33,306 nucleotides of DNA from UHGV virus genome UHGV-0200855. One strand, 5' to 3'. This document shows, piece after piece, positions 8,341-17,390 of this stretch. Each line of letters begins with the position of its first letter. Position 1 is the stretch's first letter. The DNA is from a virus. Under the pieces are notes generated by a model that saw only the letters and a program-made list of their open reading frames with translations, had not been told where the DNA came from and ran no database searches. The position numbers and the translations under genes are program-made.

Positions 8341-9510
8341 TTATGCGCTCACGCGGCTGCTGAAGTCGACCAGATACTGGTCGGTGATGCGCTGACGCAG
8401 CAGCAGGTTTTCCAGCGGTGGCACCGGCGTATAGTCGTAGTCGATGGTCAGCTTGCCCGCCTTCAGCGTGTCTTTGTCGTTCACGCTTTCATCCAGCCAG
8501 CAGTCCGCCCCGATGAGGTAGCCCTGATTCACCAGGCTGCGTAGCTTCGCGCGGATGCTCTCGATGATGTCGCGGGCCAGCGACGGATTCAGCGGACCGT
8601 CAACGGCCCACATCTGCGCCTCTGCCATGGTGTCCATCAGCACCTGCGCGGTGCGGGTGTAACACTCAAACGCAAAAAGCGCGTCGTCGCTGAGGCAGCG
8701 GGAACCCCAGAAGCGGAAACCGTCTTTGCGGATCAGCGTGGTGATGTCGTTCTGGTTCAGCAGGCCCGCGTCCGTCGCCGGATCCTGCAGGTCCCAAAAG
8801 ACATCTTTAGAAATGCCGGTGACGCCGTTCACCCCGACGTTTGAGAGGGACTTATGCCAGCCGGTTTGCTCGTCGATTTTGGCGCGCAGACCGAGCGCGC
8901 GGGCGGTGGCGTAGGCCGTCGCGTCCGCTTTCAGCACGGTGTCAAAGTTGATGAAGTCAGGCCAGATCAGCATCCCTTCGCGCTGGCTGAAGTTGGCGCG
9001 GTAGGCGATGGCTTCCTCTACGCTTTTACAGCCGTAGGCTGACAGGTAGGCAAAGCCGCGCAGGCTCTGCGCCACGCTCAGCAGCTCAGTGGCAACGGCC
9101 TGCGTGTCATGTCCCGGTACGCCGAGAATGCGCGGCTTGACGCCACAGACGGCCTGCGCGGCCAGCAGCGCCTTCATGCCGGTGCGCTGGCCGTCGGTCA
9201 CGCCGCCGATGATGTTAGCGGTGGTTTCCGCCTCGGTTTCGCCCTGCGGCACGCGCACAACGACGGTGACGGGCTTGGACTGGTCGGCGATGGCGTCCAG
9301 CGAGCGGGCCAGCGTGCCGGACTCGCCAGCCTTGCCGCTGGCGGTGAGCACATCGGTCAGCAGCACCGGGCGGTTGAGCGGAAAGGTTGCCGCGTCGGCG
9401 TCGTCGCCGGTGCAGACCAGACCGACGATTGCCGTGCTGACGGTGGTGATAGTTCGGGTGCCCTCGTTGATTTCCTCAACGCGCACGCCATGGTGATAAT
9501 CCTGAGCCAT
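8341..9510 (-). CDS. FI: Tail sheath protein FI (389 aa)
   Basis: [11 protein letters not shown] start with ACAGGAGA RBS, GFRFWG and [10 protein letters not shown] motifs. Start moved from 9627 to 9510. Confidence 0.95.
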   Translation of the reverse strand: MAQDYHHGVRVEEINEGTRTITTVSTAIVGLVCTGDDADAATFPLNRPVLLTDVLTASGKAGESGTLARSLDAIADQSKPVTVVVRVPQGETEAETTANIIGGVTDGQRTGMKALLAAQAVCGVKPRILGVPGHDTQAVATELLSVAQSLRGFAYLSAYGCKSVEEAIAYRANFSQREGMLIWPDFINFDTVLKADATAYATARALGLRAKIDEQTGWHKSLSNVGVNGVTGISKDVFWDLQDPATDAGLLNQNDITTLIRKDGFRFWGSRCLSDDALFAFECYTRTAQVLMDTMAEAQMWAVDGPLNPSLARDIIESIRAKLRSLVNQGYLIGADCWLDESVNDKDTLKAGKLTIDYDYTPVPPLENLLLRQRITDQYLVDFSSRVSA

Positions 9511-9540
9511 GTGGCGGTTCTCCTGTAAAGGGGTTCCGCT

Positions 9541-9598
9541 ATGGTGAAAGGTGGCGGGCGCGGGCGCATCCCTCCGGCATTGTGCGAAGAATGGCACA
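9541..9598 (-). promoter_or_regulatory. Late promoter pF with Ogr-type site TGT-N12-ACA (9581-9598)
   Basis: TGTGCGAAGAATGGCACA centred about 55 bp upstream of a predicted +1 near 9534. The -10-like CACCAT is at 9541-9546. Confidence 0.75.
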
Positions 9599-9605
9599 AG
9601 GCAAA

Positions 9606-9624
9606 CAGGCCCGAAACGGGCCTG
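9606..9624 (-). terminator. Probable terminator of the V-W-J-I-H-G operon
   Basis: CAGGCCCG-AAA-CGGGCCTG stem just after the G stop, with a short T-run on the minus strand. Confidence 0.65.
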
Positions 9625-9628
9625 CAAT

Positions 9629-10219
9629 TTACTCTGGCTTTACCGGCCAGCTGATGTCTGGCGCGTTTGTCAGGTCTGTTGTCTGCACCGCCTGAATATA
9701 TTTCATCCATTCGGTCAGCGTAACTTTGTCTTCGTCCGTAATGATGCCAAGCAGCAGCTGCGTCTGCCATGCCTGAGTAACGCCGTTTGCCTCGCTGATG
9801 CGCGCCGATTTCTCTGTTGTTGCCTGGCTAACGGCGGCAGCACGTTGTGCATCATTGTCCGTCACCCACTTATTCCCGTCCCACTTATCCCAGGCGGTTG
9901 CGGGCTCAAGCGGTGTTGTGCCCGCCGGATAATCGCCTAACTCTGCTATTTCTGTTGCCGAGCCGTCAGCAACGGAGTAGACCGTTTCGCCACGATGGTC
10001 TGCGACAATCTGCCAGTTGCCATCGCGATAAACAGCTGCCTGCCCGGCCTCAATAACGGGCGGTGCGGTGACGCAGGCGTTAGCCGGCAGGCCAACCCCC
10101 TGTGCCAGATACTCATCGCAGGAGCCAGTATACTCGCCGGTCAGGCTGTCAAAGCTGTAGATAGTCAGCGTGCCAGAGGCTTTTGCCAGGCCATTTTTAT
10201 CAAGCGTAATTTTCGCCAT
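9629..10219 (-). CDS. Tail fibre assembly protein (Tfa/gpG-like)
   Basis: [26 protein letters not shown] and C-terminal WPVKPE motifs, follows the fibre gene. Confidence 0.9.
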   Translation of the reverse strand: MAKITLDKNGLAKASGTLTIYSFDSLTGEYTGSCDEYLAQGVGLPANACVTAPPVIEAGQAAVYRDGNWQIVADHRGETVYSVADGSATEIAELGDYPAGTTPLEPATAWDKWDGNKWVTDNDAQRAAAVSQATTEKSARISEANGVTQAWQTQLLLGIITDEDKVTLTEWMKYIQAVQTTDLTNAPDISWPVKPE

Positions 10220-11325
10220 TATGCAGCCCTCACGATAAAGTTGTATGCCACGTTGCGCGGTCGGGTTTCTGTACCACCGTTTGCTGTCGTGGCGTATTTG
10301 GAGTTAACTGCCCCGTTGTAATTTGTAGAGGACTGATCTGCCCCAATAGCATTGTCTGTTGCCAGCAACCGGTCTCCCTGTTTGTCATTAGGCGTCAGAA
10401 CACTGGTGCCATAGGCGTCAAATGCCGGCACGTTGTGTGCATGGCTGGCATACATATGCGCCTGCGCGCTGAGTAGTGCGCGGCCCGTGTCAACGCCCCG
10501 TGCATCATCCCAGCCCCTGATAAACTCACCCCGCAGATCTGTTAGCACCAGTCCCGGATAAGCCAGCGCCAGCTTCGGATAAAGCGTGCCGCTGAAGCTT
10601 GCCCCGTTGCTTTTAAGAAAGACCATTCCAGCCATCGAGGGAAACAGCTCATTGGGCATTTTCGCGTGCGGCCACGGGAACGGCGAACCTATAACCGGCG
10701 AGCCTTCTCCTAAACCGAGGTTTTTGAGAACGTCCGGCAGCAAACCGGCATCAGCCATTTCCTTCAGTGCGTTCTTAATCAGCGGATACTGGCTATGCGG
10801 ATTGGCAGCAGCAACATGGTCTGCCATCAGCTGAGCAGCGTACTGCCTGACCGTCAGAATATTGTCATCAACATACTTACGGGTAGCCAGCACCACGGAG
10901 GGGTCAATCTTCAGGGTGATGGCGTCCGTGCTGTTTACGATGATGAGCATCCGCACGGTCTGCGTGCGTCCGCTGCCTTCCTGCAGGGCGGGCTTGTAGG
11001 TTTCCGGCGTATTGCAGACCGCTATCAGCGTTCCGTCGGCATCAAACAGGCCCATTTCCCGGATCCAGAATCCGCCCTCCGTTTCGGGGATCACCTGCTC
11101 GGCTATCACCTGGCTGGCGTTGGCCGGATCGATGCTCAGCGTGTTGATGGCTGCCCGGCGCACCTCGTTTACCAGCTTTGTCTGGCTAGCGTTCGGCGTG
11201 GGCAGCGTGCCGCCGCCGTCGCCCACGGCCATCTGCGTGATGTTCAGCTTTGTGCCGAGCGCGGCGGCGTTGGCAATTTTGGCCGCGCCGAGGTTGGTCA
11301 CAATTGCATAAAATTTTTGTGTCAT
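10219..11325 (-). CDS. H: Tail fibre protein gpH (short, 368 aa, with collar domain)
   Basis: P2-H N-terminus (MAVGDGGG, GGFWIREMGL, YKPALQEGSGR), collar DLRGEFIRGWD and C-terminal ETRPRNVAYNFIVRAA. Confidence 0.92.
   Translation of the reverse strand: MTQKFYAIVTNLGAAKIANAAALGTKLNITQMAVGDGGGTLPTPNASQTKLVNEVRRAAINTLSIDPANASQVIAEQVIPETEGGFWIREMGLFDADGTLIAVCNTPETYKPALQEGSGRTQTVRMLIIVNSTDAITLKIDPSVVLATRKYVDDNILTVRQYAAQLMADHVAAANPHSQYPLIKNALKEMADAGLLPDVLKNLGLGEGSPVIGSPFPWPHAKMPNELFPSMAGMVFLKSNGASFSGTLYPKLALAYPGLVLTDLRGEFIRGWDDARGVDTGRALLSAQAHMYASHAHNVPAFDAYGTSVLTPNDKQGDRLLATDNAIGADQSSTNYNGAVNSKYATTANGGTETRPRNVAYNFIVRAA
10705..10730. other. hix/gix-like DNA-invertase crossover site within the tail fibre gene
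   Basis: TTCTCCTAAACC-GA-GGTTTTTGAGAA, a 26-bp imperfect palindrome closely resembling recalled Hin/Gin/Cin sites. Confidence 0.7.
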
Positions 11326-11933
11326 TGTCCCACTTCCATCAGGTCGATAACGTGAACCGCCGCGCCCGCATACGTCGGGCCGCTGACGGAAAGAATTTCC
11401 GGGGTGTACGGGTAAATCGAGAGATCGTCACCGTCATAGCTCGCGGCGGCTATGCGCGTTTCGCCGCTCACCTGCAGGTTGATGGACATGCCCAGCAGGT
11501 GACGGCTGCAGGGTTTGGCGTCACTGATGAGCCGCTCCAGCTCGTGATAGGTTTCTTCCGTAATGCCCTGGTCCTGCACGCCGATGTCCAGGCGAAACGT
11601 GCCGGGCGCTTCGCCGGTTTTCCACCACTCAATAACGCGGATCAGGAACCCGAACGGCTCTACCACGCGCCGGATAGCGCTGATGGTTCCCTTGTGCTGA
11701 TGGATATAAAACGCATCGAGTACTACCTGCCGCTTGACGCCTTCCGCCCAGCCTTCGTCCCAGCGGTCCACCGAAAATGCCCAGGCGAGATACGGCAGAA
11801 AGCTGACCGGACAAGTTGCCGGGTTCCACAGGTCGCGCAGCGGCACGTTCAGGCCGGTAATGCCGCTGCAGGCTTCCGCCAGGCGCCGCTCCAGTGCGGA
11901 TGAACCGGACGGCATCAGGCTGCTGTTGCTCAT
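11322..11933 (-). CDS. I: Baseplate/tail protein gpI
   Basis: LWNPATCP...LPYLAWAFSVDRWD and HKGT motifs. Confidence 0.93.
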   Translation of the reverse strand: MSNSSLMPSGSSALERRLAEACSGITGLNVPLRDLWNPATCPVSFLPYLAWAFSVDRWDEGWAEGVKRQVVLDAFYIHQHKGTISAIRRVVEPFGFLIRVIEWWKTGEAPGTFRLDIGVQDQGITEETYHELERLISDAKPCSRHLLGMSINLQVSGETRIAAASYDGDDLSIYPYTPEILSVSGPTYAGAAVHVIDLMEVGQ

Positions 11934-12844
11934 GTCAGCACCTCGTCAGCCGCCACTGAAATGTCCGTGCCGGTGCAGTTACCCGCCGCCGTGCGATCCA
12001 TAATGAGGTCCGCTTCCGGTTCGATCATCTCCACCCAGTCCACGCCGGGCACGCGCAGCACCGCCCCATAGGACTCGCGGCGCACGCTGCGGCCCAGCTT
12101 TTTCTGTTCAGTAAGGTAGGCGGCCAGCTGCGTATTTGCCGCCTCAAGGCAGGGACCGGCAGCCACGCCATCAAACAGGTGCAGCTTTGCCTTTACGCTG
12201 TAGTCATGAATGGTCGCGCCCTGTACGGTGACGCGGTCCGCTACGGGCCGCACCGTTTCCGCGTTCAGCGCGGTGTTCACTGTAGCCAGCAAATCCGCCG
12301 GCGCTTCGCCGTTGCCTTCGCGGCTCAGGACGGTTATCAGCACGCTGGCCGGTGACGGGCTGGTTGCCGATACGTCCTGGACGCGGCCGTCCGCGCTCTT
12401 TGCGTGAAACTCATAGGCCGCCGTCGGCCCGGCCACGCTCAGCCCTTCAAACGCCTCCGGCACGCGCACGCGCAGGGCATCGTCGGTTTCCATCACGGCA
12501 TCGACCGGCGGCACCGCGTCAGGGTCAGCCGGGGCCACGGTCAGGCGCTGCACGTTATGGTTTGCGGCCAGCTGGTCCAGATCGCTGCCGAGCGCGTACG
12601 CCACCATGACCGCCTGCGCCGCCTCGTTGATGCGCTGGCGCAGCAGGATTTCCCGGTAGGTGCTTTCCTGCAGCGTTTTCACCATCGGATCGGACTCCAG
12701 CGCCAGCACGCGGCGCACCGCCGCCTGCTCCTCCGTCGGGTAGAGCGCGATCAGCGCCTCTTTGCGCTCGGTCAGCAGGGTTTCAAAGTCCGGCACCTCA
12801 ATCACTTCAGGCGCGGGCAGCTGGGAAATGTCAATTACTGCCAC
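11930..12844 (-). CDS. J: Baseplate assembly protein gpJ
   Basis: IDISQLPAP, SVAGPTAAYEFHA and VRPVADRV motifs. Confidence 0.93.
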   Translation of the reverse strand: MAVIDISQLPAPEVIEVPDFETLLTERKEALIALYPTEEQAAVRRVLALESDPMVKTLQESTYREILLRQRINEAAQAVMVAYALGSDLDQLAANHNVQRLTVAPADPDAVPPVDAVMETDDALRVRVPEAFEGLSVAGPTAAYEFHAKSADGRVQDVSATSPSPASVLITVLSREGNGEAPADLLATVNTALNAETVRPVADRVTVQGATIHDYSVKAKLHLFDGVAAGPCLEAANTQLAAYLTEQKKLGRSVRRESYGAVLRVPGVDWVEMIEPEADLIMDRTAAGNCTGTDISVAADEVLT

Positions 12845-13187
12845 TGTTCACCCCCGTTGAAACAGACATGGCAACCGGCGAGCCGTCATCCCGCTGGCCG
12901 GTCAGTTCAACCACCATTGAGCCATCAATGGCGCTGGTAATGTTTACGGTGTTCAGCCTGATGCGCGGCTCCCAGCGGCTGAGCGCGGTATACACCGCCG
13001 CCATCACCTGCAGGCGGATCACGTCGTTCTGCGGCTGGTCAATCAGCACTGACAGCAGAGAGCCGTAATCCCGGCGCTGCAGGCGGCTGCCTTCCGGCGT
13101 CATCAGAATGTCCCTTACGCTCTGCCGGATATGGTCGATGTCGGTGATCGCCTCGCCGGTGTCGCGGTTCATGCCGAGATACATCAT
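12831..13187 (-). CDS. W: Baseplate wedge protein gpW (gp25-like)
   Basis: HIRQSVRDILMTPEGSR..RRDYGS and RWEPRI motifs. Confidence 0.93.
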   Translation of the reverse strand: MMYLGMNRDTGEAITDIDHIRQSVRDILMTPEGSRLQRRDYGSLLSVLIDQPQNDVIRLQVMAAVYTALSRWEPRIRLNTVNITSAIDGSMVVELTGQRDDGSPVAMSVSTGVNSGSN

Positions 13188-13762
13188 TGCGGACCTCCTG
13201 ACATATCGCTGCCGGACTTCACGCCGCCGTGCTGATGGGTATGCAGCACGACGCCGTTTGAACTCATCCCGCCGCCGCCCTGCGTCACCGCGCCGTTCAT
13301 CACGGTTTCGCTGTTGATCCGGGTCTGGTCAGCGTCCACGCCAAACTGCTCAGTGATGAGCTGGATACCGTCCGCTGCCTCTATGCGCACGCTTTTGATG
13401 TTCTTTATCAGCAGCTGGCCGGTTTCCGGCTCGTACTGAAACCAGCCGCCGTCCTGAAATACGGTTGTCGCGCCGTTTTCTGAGTAGTCCGGCGGCGGAA
13501 AGGCGTCGGAATAGATGGCGGGCAGCGCAAACGCGGTTTCGAGGTTGCCGCCCAGGCTCAGCAGCACAACCTGCTCGCCGACGGTAGGTTTCCACCATGT
13601 GCGGGTGCTGCCGGCGCGCGTGGTAAGCCAGTTAATCCAGTTGGTTTCGATGTCGCCCGTTTTTACCCGGCACAGCCAGTTCACCGGGTCCACCTCGGAC
13701 ACGGTGCCGGTGCGGATCAAGTTGGTGATAAGGCGCATGATTTCGGTGAGTTGTGTGTTCAT
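13184..13762 (-). CDS. V: Baseplate spike gpV
   Basis: NLIRTGTV, WWKPTVGEQV and C-terminal HxH (HTHQHGGV). The ATG at 13762 is preferred to the GTG at 13768. Confidence 0.93.
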   Translation of the reverse strand: MNTQLTEIMRLITNLIRTGTVSEVDPVNWLCRVKTGDIETNWINWLTTRAGSTRTWWKPTVGEQVVLLSLGGNLETAFALPAIYSDAFPPPDYSENGATTVFQDGGWFQYEPETGQLLIKNIKSVRIEAADGIQLITEQFGVDADQTRINSETVMNGAVTQGGGGMSSNGVVLHTHQHGGVKSGSDMSGGPQ

Positions 13763-13768
13763 GCTCAC

Positions 13769-13826
13769 AACGTCTCACATCTAATTTTCTGAAAGTAGAC
13801 GTTGATTTTGTGAAGTCCCTGACACA
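13769..13826 (-). promoter_or_regulatory. Late promoter pV with Ogr-type site TGT-N12-ACA (13809-13826)
   Basis: TGTGAAGTCCCTGACACA centred 55 bp upstream of the V ATG. The -10-like GACGTT is at 13769-13774. Confidence 0.75.
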
Positions 13827-13894
13827 ATAATCACCTAAATATCTACGAATCAAAATAATGCCAGTCACAATATTTTAAAATAAAAAGGTTATGT

Positions 13895-14602
13895 ATGGAT
13901 GCTCAAAATAAATCTGACAAAAATGAATATCAAGAAATCCTCAAGATACTTGATAAAAGATCACGCGTAACAAGATTAACCTTAATTATTCTTGTGTACA
14001 TTCTAATATTGGCAGTTGGATTGGTTTTTTTAGGTATTTTTTACACAAAAAACAATGACAACTCGCCATTTGGAAAACTTATTTCTTCACTTATGCAATC
14101 AAAATCATCTCACAGTGAATCAAGTGAGCGGCTCATAAAAATCTTGCGTACCTTTGATGAACAGAACCAAGCATTTTTAAAAGACATAAATGAATCAAAT
14201 AAGGGGGAAAGTAAAGATAACATTACCCCTCAAGGCAAAAGAGTTTCAGGAGGGGGTATTATGCCGGGTGACTCAATTTTTATGCGGGGCGATAACTCAC
14301 AAAATATAGCTAATTCAATAGCCTCCGTACTACTAAGCCTTTCTCTAATGATATTCGTTGGCTTTGTGATGAAAGCGATACTCGTTTTCATCAGGTACTA
14401 TATGCAATTAGGCACTGATTTTGAAAATCAAAAGATCGCATATCTATTAAGTAAGGGAGAGGTTGGCCCATTTAATGATATACTAATGAACCTAAGAAAG
14501 AGCAATATAAACTTTGAGAGAACGCCAAGCCTGCCTCAAGAAAAAATAATCCTTTCATTGGTTGATGCATTAAAGGCGAGTAAATCCAGCCATGAAAAAT
14601 AA
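13895..14602 (+). CDS. AT-rich moron: hypothetical two-TM membrane protein
   Basis: 235 aa, opposite strand to the late genes. Hydrophobic segments LTLIILVYILILAVGLVFLGIFY and IASVLLSLSLMIFVGFVMKAILVFI. AAGG RBS. Confidence 0.85.
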   Translation: MDAQNKSDKNEYQEILKILDKRSRVTRLTLIILVYILILAVGLVFLGIFYTKNNDNSPFGKLISSLMQSKSSHSESSERLIKILRTFDEQNQAFLKDINESNKGESKDNITPQGKRVSGGGIMPGDSIFMRGDNSQNIANSIASVLLSLSLMIFVGFVMKAILVFIRYYMQLGTDFENQKIAYLLSKGEVGPFNDILMNLRKSNINFERTPSLPQEKIILSLVDALKASKSSHEK

Positions 14603-14613
14603 AAAAACCATTA

Positions 14614-15060
14614 TCATAAATTAAGCCAGTCAAGGATTATTGTCTTAATACTGGCTTCAACTTCATCGTTCACACCTAGTAGAGGTCTTTCTGCATATTT
14701 AACTCGCTTTCCGCGTTTATTTACTTTATCCCTTAAACCGTAGTGGTGAACACGAGCAAGTCGTTGCACTACAGGCGCAAACGCGATTTCGGCCTGCTCT
14801 GCGCTGGCCTCCGCCTTCAGGTACTTCGTGGTTTTGAGCTTCGCAAACATCTTGTGGCGGATACGGCCCGGTTTCGTGCGGGCCGTGGCGCGGCGGGGTT
14901 CCCATGCCGTACCGTCCGGGGCGCGCTGTGCCGTAATATTCGCCTGCTGGATGCGGCGCACGTCGCGCGCGACCTCGCGCAGCATCCTTGCCCTGGCCGA
15001 CGGTTCAAGCTGCGCCAGCAGCGCATCCAGCCAGGCGTCAACCTCATGCAGTTCAGCCAT
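14614..15060 (-). CDS. S: Tail completion/virion morphogenesis protein gpS
   Basis: QRAPDGTAWEPR, ARVHHYGL and RPLLG motifs. Confidence 0.9.
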   Translation of the reverse strand: MAELHEVDAWLDALLAQLEPSARARMLREVARDVRRIQQANITAQRAPDGTAWEPRRATARTKPGRIRHKMFAKLKTTKYLKAEASAEQAEIAFAPVVQRLARVHHYGLRDKVNKRGKRVKYAERPLLGVNDEVEASIKTIILDWLNL

Positions 15061-15484
15061 GGCGCGCCGTCCAGAACTCGTCCGGCACGTCCGGCTCCGG
15101 TATGGCCTCGACCTTCATTTTCCCGTCCACTTCCCGCGCCAGCACCCGTTCGGTCAGCTTCAGGTTCATGCTGATGTCGCAGCGGTCATTGCCGAGGATG
15201 TCGGCCTCAAAGGTAAAGAGTTTTTCCCGCTCGCCGGGGTTCTGCAGGGCGTCCGGCTGATTTTCCCGCAGCCAGAACATTACCGGGGCCATCAGCAAGT
15301 TCTGGTCGCCGGTAAAGTCGGTAATCACCACGTTCAGGGTGTATCGATATTCCCATGAGATCGACGCGGCGGACGTGGCAACCAGCGCGCCGTTATCCAC
15401 GAACAGGTGCAGCCGGTCGGGATTATCCGCCACGTAGGGCACGGCTTTATTCAGGGCGTTTCGCAAGGACTGCGGCTTGTTCAT
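15053..15484 (-). CDS. R: Tail completion protein gpR
   Basis: MNKPQSLR start (ATG 15484), NPDRLHLFVDNG, WLRENQPD and LTERV motifs. Confidence 0.9.
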   Translation of the reverse strand: MNKPQSLRNALNKAVPYVADNPDRLHLFVDNGALVATSAASISWEYRYTLNVVITDFTGDQNLLMAPVMFWLRENQPDALQNPGEREKLFTFEADILGNDRCDISMNLKLTERVLAREVDGKMKVEAIPEPDVPDEFWTARHG

Positions 15485-15731
15485 CGTCTTTTTCCTGACA
15501 GCTGATGATGGTATCGACCTTATCCGCGCACGCCGCCCAGGCGGCCTCGGTTTCATCCAGCAGGGCGTTCAGATCGCCGTTACTGCGCGGCGCGGCCGGG
15601 TCCAGCTGGCAGCGGGTGATTTTGGGACAGCCACTCACGGTAAGATTCACCTCCGGCGAGGGCCGGTCGCTGGCGCAGCCGGACAACAGGATCAGGCAGA
15701 GGGGAATCAGCCCAGCGGCGCAGGTCTTCAT
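15447..15731 (-). CDS. lysC: Outer-membrane spanin (Rz1-like lipoprotein LysC)
   Basis: MKTCAAGLIPLCLILLSGC lipobox and CP....C...WAACADKVD..ISCQ. Overlaps the lysB 3' end. Confidence 0.85.
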   Translation of the reverse strand: MKTCAAGLIPLCLILLSGCASDRPSPEVNLTVSGCPKITRCQLDPAAPRSNGDLNALLDETEAAWAACADKVDTIISCQEKDDEQAAVLAKRPE

Positions 15732-16014
15732 TTTCACGTTTAAGCTCCTCAATGGTGCGTTGCCGGTCGCGCAGCAGCCTGCCGTTTTGCTCGGCGGCGG
15801 CATAAAGCTGCGTCTGCGCCTGGCTGTTCGTTTGCGTCAGAATGTTCAGGGCGATCAGCTGGCCGTTCTTCTGCGACAGCTTTTTGCCCTGGTCCGCAAT
15901 CGCCGCCTGCTGCGTGCTGATAGTGTGGTGCGCATTGCTGAGCCGCCATGACTGCACGCCGAGCGCGGCCAGCAGGAGAAGGGCAAGCGCTGCTGCCAGC
16001 AGCACCCGCTTCAT
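15580..16014 (-). CDS. lysB: Inner-membrane spanin LysB (Rz-like)
   Basis: N-terminal TM, coiled coil and ENEDLRRWADSPLPDPVVRLRQRP. ATGA overlap with the endolysin stop. Confidence 0.88.
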   Translation of the reverse strand: MKRVLLAAALALLLLAALGVQSWRLSNAHHTISTQQAAIADQGKKLSQKNGQLIALNILTQTNSQAQTQLYAAAEQNGRLLRDRQRTIEELKRENEDLRRWADSPLPDPVVRLRQRPALAGGESYREWLSQNHPLPAGPGRAAQ

Positions 16015-16526
16015 GCGCCCACCCCCCTGAGACACCACGCCATTTCACGCTGGCGGCGGTTATCCAGCCCCTGATTAAATACGCCTTTTACGTACACCCA
16101 GCGCGGCAGCTGTCCGCAGGCCTCACGCCATCGCCCCTGTTTCAGCAGCGCTACCATGGTTGATCCGCAGGCGTTGCCGGTGCCGACGTTGAACGCCAGC
16201 GACACCAGCGCGTCATAAACCTGCTGCGGCATTGATACCGCCACGCAGCGCGCCAGTGCCGCCTCGACGCGTAACACGTTGGTGATGAAGTTGCCCGCCG
16301 CCTGCCGTTCCGTGATGGATCTACCCAGCACCACGCCGCGCGTGTTGCCGATCCCGTCGGTCCAGACGCCGGCGCTGCACTGGTACGGCTGCAGGCGGCA
16401 GCCCTCATAGTCCGCGATGAGCTTCAGCCCCTCCACGGAGGTGTGCAGCTTCTGAAAGCCGGGCAGCGTGGCGGCCAGCGCCAGCACCACGCCCACGGCG
16501 CAGCGCTTAACGGTTTGCAGATTCAT
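16011..16526 (-). CDS. SAR endolysin (T4-lysozyme-like fold)
   Basis: Weakly hydrophobic N-terminal SAR segment, E41-x8-C50-x5-T56 triad, FNVG and GLDNRRQRE motifs. Confidence 0.9.
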   Translation of the reverse strand: MNLQTVKRCAVGVVLALAATLPGFQKLHTSVEGLKLIADYEGCRLQPYQCSAGVWTDGIGNTRGVVLGRSITERQAAGNFITNVLRVEAALARCVAVSMPQQVYDALVSLAFNVGTGNACGSTMVALLKQGRWREACGQLPRWVYVKGVFNQGLDNRRQREMAWCLRGVGA

Positions 16527-16719
16527 ATTCCTCCCGCGTGATGCGCCCGCTTGCCAGCAGCAGATAGGTTTTGCGTTTGTAGTACCAGCTGATCACCGCC
16601 ATCAGAATGCCGATAAGCAGGCCAGCCACGGTTGAAATGTCTTTCAGCGACATGTCGCCCAGCCACGCCATACCCACGGCGATAAACCAGACGATGCCTG
16701 CGCGAATGCGTTCCCACAT
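16507..16719 (-). CDS. Holin (HP1-like)
   Basis: 70 aa with hydrophobic segments then WYYKRKTY, immediately upstream of the endolysin. Confidence 0.8.
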   Translation of the reverse strand: MWERIRAGIVWFIAVGMAWLGDMSLKDISTVAGLLIGILMAVISWYYKRKTYLLLASGRITREEYESANR

Positions 16720-16722
16720 AGT

Positions 16723-16926
16723 TCAGTCCCAAAGCTGGACGGCCTGCACGGTTGCCGTCGTCGTCACGTCCGGCAATTCCACTTCCAGCCCGTGCGGCAG
16801 GATGAGGCCATGCTCAGACAGCCCCGGATTCGCCCGTATAACCTGCTCGGTCATGCCCTGCGTGCGCCCGTAGTGACGCCAGCAGATCGCGTCCACCGTG
16901 TCGTACTGCTGCGCACGCACTTTCAT
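16723..16926 (-). CDS. X: Tail protein gpX
   Basis: MKVRAQQYDTVDAICWRHYG...ANPGL...VQLWD, start at ATG 16926. Confidence 0.92.
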   Translation of the reverse strand: MKVRAQQYDTVDAICWRHYGRTQGMTEQVIRANPGLSEHGLILPHGLEVELPDVTTTATVQAVQLWD

Positions 16927-17390
16927 CAGATAAGCTCCACGGTGCTGTGCGGCAGGTTCTGCACGCGGCTGATGGCCCAGCGCGCATCCCGCCACAGGTC
17001 GCCGGTCGTGTCGGCCAGCTCCTCGCCGCGCTTCGCCGCAGCGGCGGTCGCGTCAAAGTCCTGGTAGCGCTCGTTAAGCACCGCACGGGTCCAGCACCAC
17101 ACCGCGTTAAAGTAGTGATGCAGACGTACACTCTCACCGGCCAGCTTCTCCGCCGGCACGTCGGCCAGGGTGTTAAACCCGCGCAGCTCCTGCCGCTCGC
17201 GCCACGAATAAAGCTCGGTATTGACCTCCGCCATCGCGGTGAGCACCACCTGCTTTAAGCGCTCCGGCGTCACGGTGCCGTCTACGCGCATTGCGGCTCT
17301 GAACTTCGCCAGATCGACGTCCGGCCAGAACGAGTTGTTGGGGATAATTTCCGGCGTTCCCGTCGCCTTCTGCGGCGCTACAAATTCCAT
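16926..17390 (-). CDS. L: Head completion protein gpL
   Basis: FWPDVDL..FR..MRVDGTVTPERL and RDARWAIS...VELI motifs. Confidence 0.92.
   Translation of the reverse strand: MEFVAPQKATGTPEIIPNNSFWPDVDLAKFRAAMRVDGTVTPERLKQVVLTAMAEVNTELYSWRERQELRGFNTLADVPAEKLAGESVRLHHYFNAVWCWTRAVLNERYQDFDATAAAAKRGEELADTTGDLWRDARWAISRVQNLPHSTVELI

Noticed and set aside
9511..9627. N-terminal extension of the sheath ORF
   Set aside because: It covers the pF promoter and a terminator. The conserved start MAQDYHHG has a strong RBS.
9540..11325. Complete invertible tail-fibre cassette or diversity-generating retroelement
   Set aside because: No invertase, second crossover site, alternative tip, reverse transcriptase or template repeat was seen.
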